From positions 1-42,920 of the IMG/VR virus record IMGVR_UViG_3300045988_008560: a DNA stretch of 42,920 nt. One strand, given 5' to 3'. The stretch is from a virus. A model generated the notes under the pieces. It saw nothing but the letters and a program-made list of their open reading frames with translations, was not told where the DNA came from and ran no database searches. The position numbers were made by a program, and so were the translations under genes. This document shows positions 39,962-42,920 of the stretch, piece after piece (within the stretch, counting starts at the first letter, position 1; each line of letters opens with the position of its first letter).

Positions 39962-41196
39962 GCAATAACTCCCATTCTGCGGCTGACAGGCTCAAGCGCA
40001 TACCGAGTCGCGTCAATCAGGTGGTTGTTCGCGTCTGGGTATCCGCTGATAATGTCACCGTCTTTGTTTCGTTCGTATTCGTATCCAACAAATTCATCGT
40101 AAGCGTGCGGTGTGCGTCGCCTATCAATAACAATCGTTCTCCGCTGCAAAAACTTCATGCCATATTCCACAGAGCCGGGGCCTTTGACCGCTTCATACGC
40201 AGGTAGCCCCATTGCGCGGAGATCAGCAACGCTCTTTGGCTCGGCGCTGTCGCAGATCGTTCTAATGTTGTTATATCCGCGCTGCTTAATCATGGTCGCG
40301 CTTTGCTCGTTGGATAATTTGTTTTGGTAAATCTCGTCCAGCAGATAAATGGTCTCTCGCGCCCGATTATAATGCAGCCGGATAAAAGCAAACGGGTCTG
40401 GGAACCAGCCGAAGTCCACTCCCTGATAGATGCGGTCGAAACTCTTGACTTCTTCATCGGTAATCTCCCGCAGTTCCAGCTTGTCAAACACATTTCCGCC
40501 GGTCCCTACCGGTATACCGAGATATTCGTGCTGATATGCTCGCTCGTCCGTCTCTTTCAGGTGTTCCGCTTCTGCAAGGAACTGTTCTCCCAACCACTCA
40601 GGCGGTGCTTGCAGATATGTTGATTTGTGGCACAGCCGGTCAGCGCGTTCTTCTAAGCTGTCCTTGTTCGCCCAGTTATCGCGCGAGATCGGCGGGTTAT
40701 AACTCTCGAAGTTCCAGAACACCGATCCGCCACGCATGGTGGACTGTAAAATGGTTCGGATTTCCGCGCGACCGGCAAACTGGTCTTTCTCTTCAAAGTG
40801 CGTCACGGCAATGTAGCCAAACGGCACCTTGATAGACTTGATCTTCATCGGATCATCAGCGCCGCGAAACATGATCTTCTGGCCTGTCGGCTTATAGATC
40901 AGCTCCATCGGGGATAGTTTCGCTTCCCAATACGCCGCCATGCCCAGCTCGCCGATTGCCCAGATATACTGAGCATACACGCTATCGCGGATCGTGTTTG
41001 CTACCTTGCGCAGCACAAGCGCGTGCGTTCCCGGATTGCCAACCAGCAGAAGCGGAACGATAATTGATACTGTGGAGGATTTCAGCGAGCCGCGCCCGCC
41101 GCTAAAATCATAGTGCGTGTGACCATGATGAAAAATGTCACGCGCCACGCTGTAAAATGCAGGGCCGATTTTATCCGACAGGTGGATTTCAGACAT
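39958..41196 (-). CDS. terL: terminase large subunit (PBSX-type)
   Basis: Trimmed to MSEIHLSD; Walker A-like FSGGRGSLKSS; C-terminal nuclease region. Confidence 0.9.
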   Translation of the reverse strand: MSEIHLSDKIGPAFYSVARDIFHHGHTHYDFSGGRGSLKSSTVSIIVPLLLVGNPGTHALVLRKVANTIRDSVYAQYIWAIGELGMAAYWEAKLSPMELIYKPTGQKIMFRGADDPMKIKSIKVPFGYIAVTHFEEKDQFAGRAEIRTILQSTMRGGSVFWNFESYNPPISRDNWANKDSLEERADRLCHKSTYLQAPPEWLGEQFLAEAEHLKETDERAYQHEYLGIPVGTGGNVFDKLELREITDEEVKSFDRIYQGVDFGWFPDPFAFIRLHYNRARETIYLLDEIYQNKLSNEQSATMIKQRGYNNIRTICDSAEPKSVADLRAMGLPAYEAVKGPGSVEYGMKFLQRRTIVIDRRRTPHAYDEFVGYEYERNKDGDIISGYPDANNHLIDATRYALEPVSRRMGVIA

Positions 41197-41602
41197 CAAT
41201 GACCACCTTGACCGCATCTGTAGTCAATTTTGTTTCGTTGACTTCACGCCATCCAAAGTTGCATCCAAGACTGAATTTCGCGCCGTTTGCCCCGTCCTTA
41301 TCGTACAGACGGGTTTCAGCATATTCCTCGCACCGGGACTTCGCGCGCGTAACCGTGTCCGCGAACTCTGGCCGCGCCTGATAATCGATCAGCGCTTGTC
41401 TGCCCGTAAACCCCAACGCCAACGCAAGCCCCGTTATCGTGGGCGGCTTCTGCCCTATCAGAATGACGTTGCCGTATTTATCCATCAGCGGCTGTCCATC
41501 GTCGCCAATAATCGGTTCCCCTTTGCAGCTCTCAAAATAAGCGTCAATGGCTTTTTGCATTTTCTTTACGCTTTTCCATTTCCTTGGCGCTCCGCCAGCC
41601 AT
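41189..41602 (-). CDS. terS: terminase small subunit
   Basis: PPTITGLALALGFTGRQALIDY...AKSRCEEYAE...GAKFSLGCNFGW typical small-terminase HTH; SD AAGGGAG. Confidence 0.85.
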   Translation of the reverse strand: MAGGAPRKWKSVKKMQKAIDAYFESCKGEPIIGDDGQPLMDKYGNVILIGQKPPTITGLALALGFTGRQALIDYQARPEFADTVTRAKSRCEEYAETRLYDKDGANGAKFSLGCNFGWREVNETKLTTDAVKVVIDV

Positions 41603-41766
41603 ACGCTCACTCCCTTTCGCCTTACTCGCTTAATGTCAAAATCGGGAATATGCAACCGTGCCTTATCCATCAATCTTTCACAAGCCGTTGACTTCTCCGA
41701 TTGTCGTAAAAACTTTTTTACGCTTGAAGCAGTCACAACAAAAGACGCGTTTCCCCCTTTTGCCAT
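41566..41766 (-). CDS. possible small basic protein upstream of terS
   Basis: 66-aa ORF with GGGGGGAG only 2 nt before the ATG and a 37-nt overlap with terS; weak. Confidence 0.3.
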   Translation of the reverse strand: MAKGGNASFVVTASSVKKFLRQSEKSTACERLMDKARLHIPDFDIKRVRRKGVSVWLAERQGNGKA

Positions 41767-42160
41767 AACTCCCCCCTGTTTTGCTACCGGCCCCCACCCC
41801 TTGGCCTTACATAGCAGACTTTACCCGCCCCGAGGGGCTACAACGCCGCCCACATTGGGCGTTATTCTCTCCATTTGAGTTGCTTACACAATTAGCCGTA
41901 CAGAACCGGGCAAGCATACTACCCTACACAACGGCCTTGCCCAAGGGCAGCCGTTACCTCACCACTTCCGCATACCTTTCGATGAACACGCCTCGGAGTT
42001 CGCTCTGCATGGTTCTGTACGCGCTAACCACGGAACTTTTCAGCCCTGCGCCGGTATGTCGGTCGCATCCGTTTCTTTTACACAAGCCGGTGCCAGCCAA
42101 ATAAAATTATTCAACCCGCCGCTTTCATACAGCGCACAGGCAAGCCCCTTGTAGCGGTCT
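41767..42160 (-). ncRNA. candidate large structured RNA (family unknown)
   Basis: No ORF of 60 codons or more on the coding strand, stops in all frames, G-rich on minus strand, many GNRA-like motifs, 11-bp long-range helix 41897..41907 / 42011..42021 and several local hairpins. Confidence 0.4.
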
Positions 42161-42393
42161 TACCCTTCCACGGTGCCGCAATACAGATATCTGGCATACG
42201 GCTCTGGATAAACAACCGTGTTTCCCGTTACCCTTGTGTGCGTTCTAAGAGAGCCTGTGAGCATAGGTACAAACGGAGCGGTATCTTTTGCGACCTGCAC
42301 CGCCAGAACGTGTTCTGCGCGATCACAGCCCTTGGAAACAGCCTCTTTTACAGCGTCCATGCCGTCCGTCTGAACGGAAAATTTCAACGCCAT
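42160..42393 (-). pseudogene. truncated, diverged second copy of the head-tail joining gene 33179..33589
   Basis: MALKFSVQTDGMDAVKEAVSKGCDRAEHVLAVQVAKDTAPFVPMLTGSLRTHTRVTGNTVVYPEPYARYLYCGTVEG then stop; keeps a GGAGGTG SD. Confidence 0.7.
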
Positions 42394-42435
42394 GTCACAC
42401 ACCTCCGACCTGCCAGTGCTGCATATCAACGCTGC
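42175..42435. repeat. second copy of the 261-bp duplication (see 33371..33631)
   Basis: Same orientation as copy 1; includes the last 12 codons of the upstream gene homologue (SVDMQHWQVGGV stop). Confidence 0.85.
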
Positions 42436-42617
42436 GGTTTTGGAGACCGCCTCGCCAGCCTTGGAACATTCGCCCCTATGTTTGTCTGTCTTTCCAGACT
42501 GTCACCGCTGCGTGTCGGCTGCCTGCGGTTGGCCCCCATAGGTACACGTTTCTGTTGCCCTGCTGCGCCCATCTCCGGGCAACCCGTTTGTGATTGTACT
42601 TCTCACGGCGCTGGATG

Positions 42618-42689
42618 TGGTGCAGACGGCAGGACTTGAACCTGCGCATACCTCCTGGCGCGGTGCTCTGCCAACTGAGCTACGTCTGC
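42618..42689 (-). tRNA. tRNA-like element with non-canonical, shortened anticodon region (possible pseudo-tRNA)
   Basis: GCAGACG-TA-GCTC-AGTTGGCA-GAGC-A-[CCGCGCCAGGAGGTATGC]-GCAGG-TTCAAGT-CCTGC-CGTCTGC-A-CCA; 72 nt including CCA, 4 nt short of a standard tRNA. Confidence 0.5.
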
Positions 42690-42821
42690 ATATCCCCGGC
42701 ATCCGCCGGGGTCAGGAGGAAAGAAAGGATGGATGGAAAGAATGAGGATACGGATATAACCCCGCACCCTCATTCTGACACATATTTTTCTACGCTTGCC
42801 CCGAATTGGGGGCAAAGGCCA

Positions 42822-42920
42822 ATTTTTTTTGCGATACTATAAAGGTTTACTCTCTCGCTCGCCCTCGTCCCATGCAAGCTCATCCAAGCTGACGTGGTAA
42901 TGATTCGCTATCAGCTTTAA
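42822..42920. repeat. 99-bp terminal direct repeat, identical to 1..99
   Basis: Read directly. Confidence 0.9.

Larger units (their letters stand above)
1..42920. mobile_element. Complete temperate siphovirus-like phage genome, circularly closed (unique length 42,821 bp)
   Basis: Full lysogeny, early/replication, packaging, head, tail and lysis modules in canonical order; window ends are an identical 99-bp overlap; attP with tRNA 3' end next to integrase. Confidence 0.85.

Noticed and set aside
41767-42160. Group II intron, RNase P RNA or tmRNA identity for the structured block
   Set aside because: I found no domain-V-like 34-nt hairpin (the GTACAGAACC / GGTTCTGTAC pair is about 100 nt apart). 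There is no GGAAAGTCCGG-type RNase P core, no tag-peptide reading frame and no intron-encoded protein. The family is left open.
33371-42435. The duplicated 261-bp segment as the template/variable repeat pair of a diversity-generating retroelement
   Set aside because: No reverse transcriptase ORF exists anywhere in the window. 13 of 15 mismatches are transitions spread over all four bases rather than adenine-specific. The repeat covers a gene 5' end and junction, not a C-terminal variable region.
42796-42830. The hairpin TTGCCCC/GGGGCAA followed by T8 as an intrinsic terminator
   Set aside because: The T run starts 7 nt after the stem rather than immediately. There is no upstream plus-strand gene, and in the minus orientation there is no U tract.
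42729-42842. A plus-strand 37-codon ORF (MDGKNEDTDITPHPH…) with AGGAGG 9 nt upstream
   Set aside because: It has no sequence features of a real protein. It runs into the terminal repeat and overlaps a hairpin and T8 run. It lies opposite the direction of all neighbouring genes. It is kept only as a remote possibility.

Overview
The window is a complete temperate siphovirus-type phage genome. Nt 1-99 are repeated exactly at 42822-42920, so the molecule closes on itself with a unique length of 42,821 bp. The host is probably a Gram-positive, clostridial-type bacterium, judged from GGAGG Shine-Dalgarno sites, frequent GTG/TTG starts and ATGA-coupled genes. The ORF track shows GTG/TTG starts as M, and I trimmed many starts to the SD-linked codon.

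Layout:
- Plus-strand lysogeny module, 12432-16297: CI-like repressor, accessory genes, a membrane-anchored XRE protein and a tyrosine integrase. An attP follows that carries the 3' end of a tRNA gene.
- Minus-strand early operon, 12191 down to 16: Cro-like, Lar-like, Gp157, ERF, NinB-like, HNH, SSB, a replication organizer with internal iterons, two DNA methyltransferases, RusA, ASCH and two HTH proteins.
- Minus-strand late operon, 41602 down to 21818: terS, terL, SPP1-type portal, MuF-like protein, scaffold, capsid, connectors, major tail protein, chaperones, tape measure, tail tip, fibre, holin and endolysin.
- Post-lysis accessory island, 21804 down to 16549.

Findings ranked highest:
1. 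A cytosine-5 methyltransferase whose conserved motifs are circularly permuted (III-X, then I-II).
2. An ORF-free, hairpin-rich block of about 0.4-1 kb between a defective tRNA-like element and terS. It is a candidate large structured RNA.
3. A terminator-delimited eight-gene cassette of unknown function next to attP, downstream of a sigma-region-4-like protein.
4. A collagen-like fibre gene split by a single in-frame TGA.
5. A MuF-like protein with an AT-rich C-terminal extension plus a small downstream gene, which looks like a polymorphic toxin-immunity cassette.
6. An opposite-strand SHOCT-domain moron, with its own promoter and terminator, inside the tail operon.
7. A 261-bp diverged duplicate of the head-tail gene junction.

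All functional calls rest on motif recognition by eye. No database search was run.
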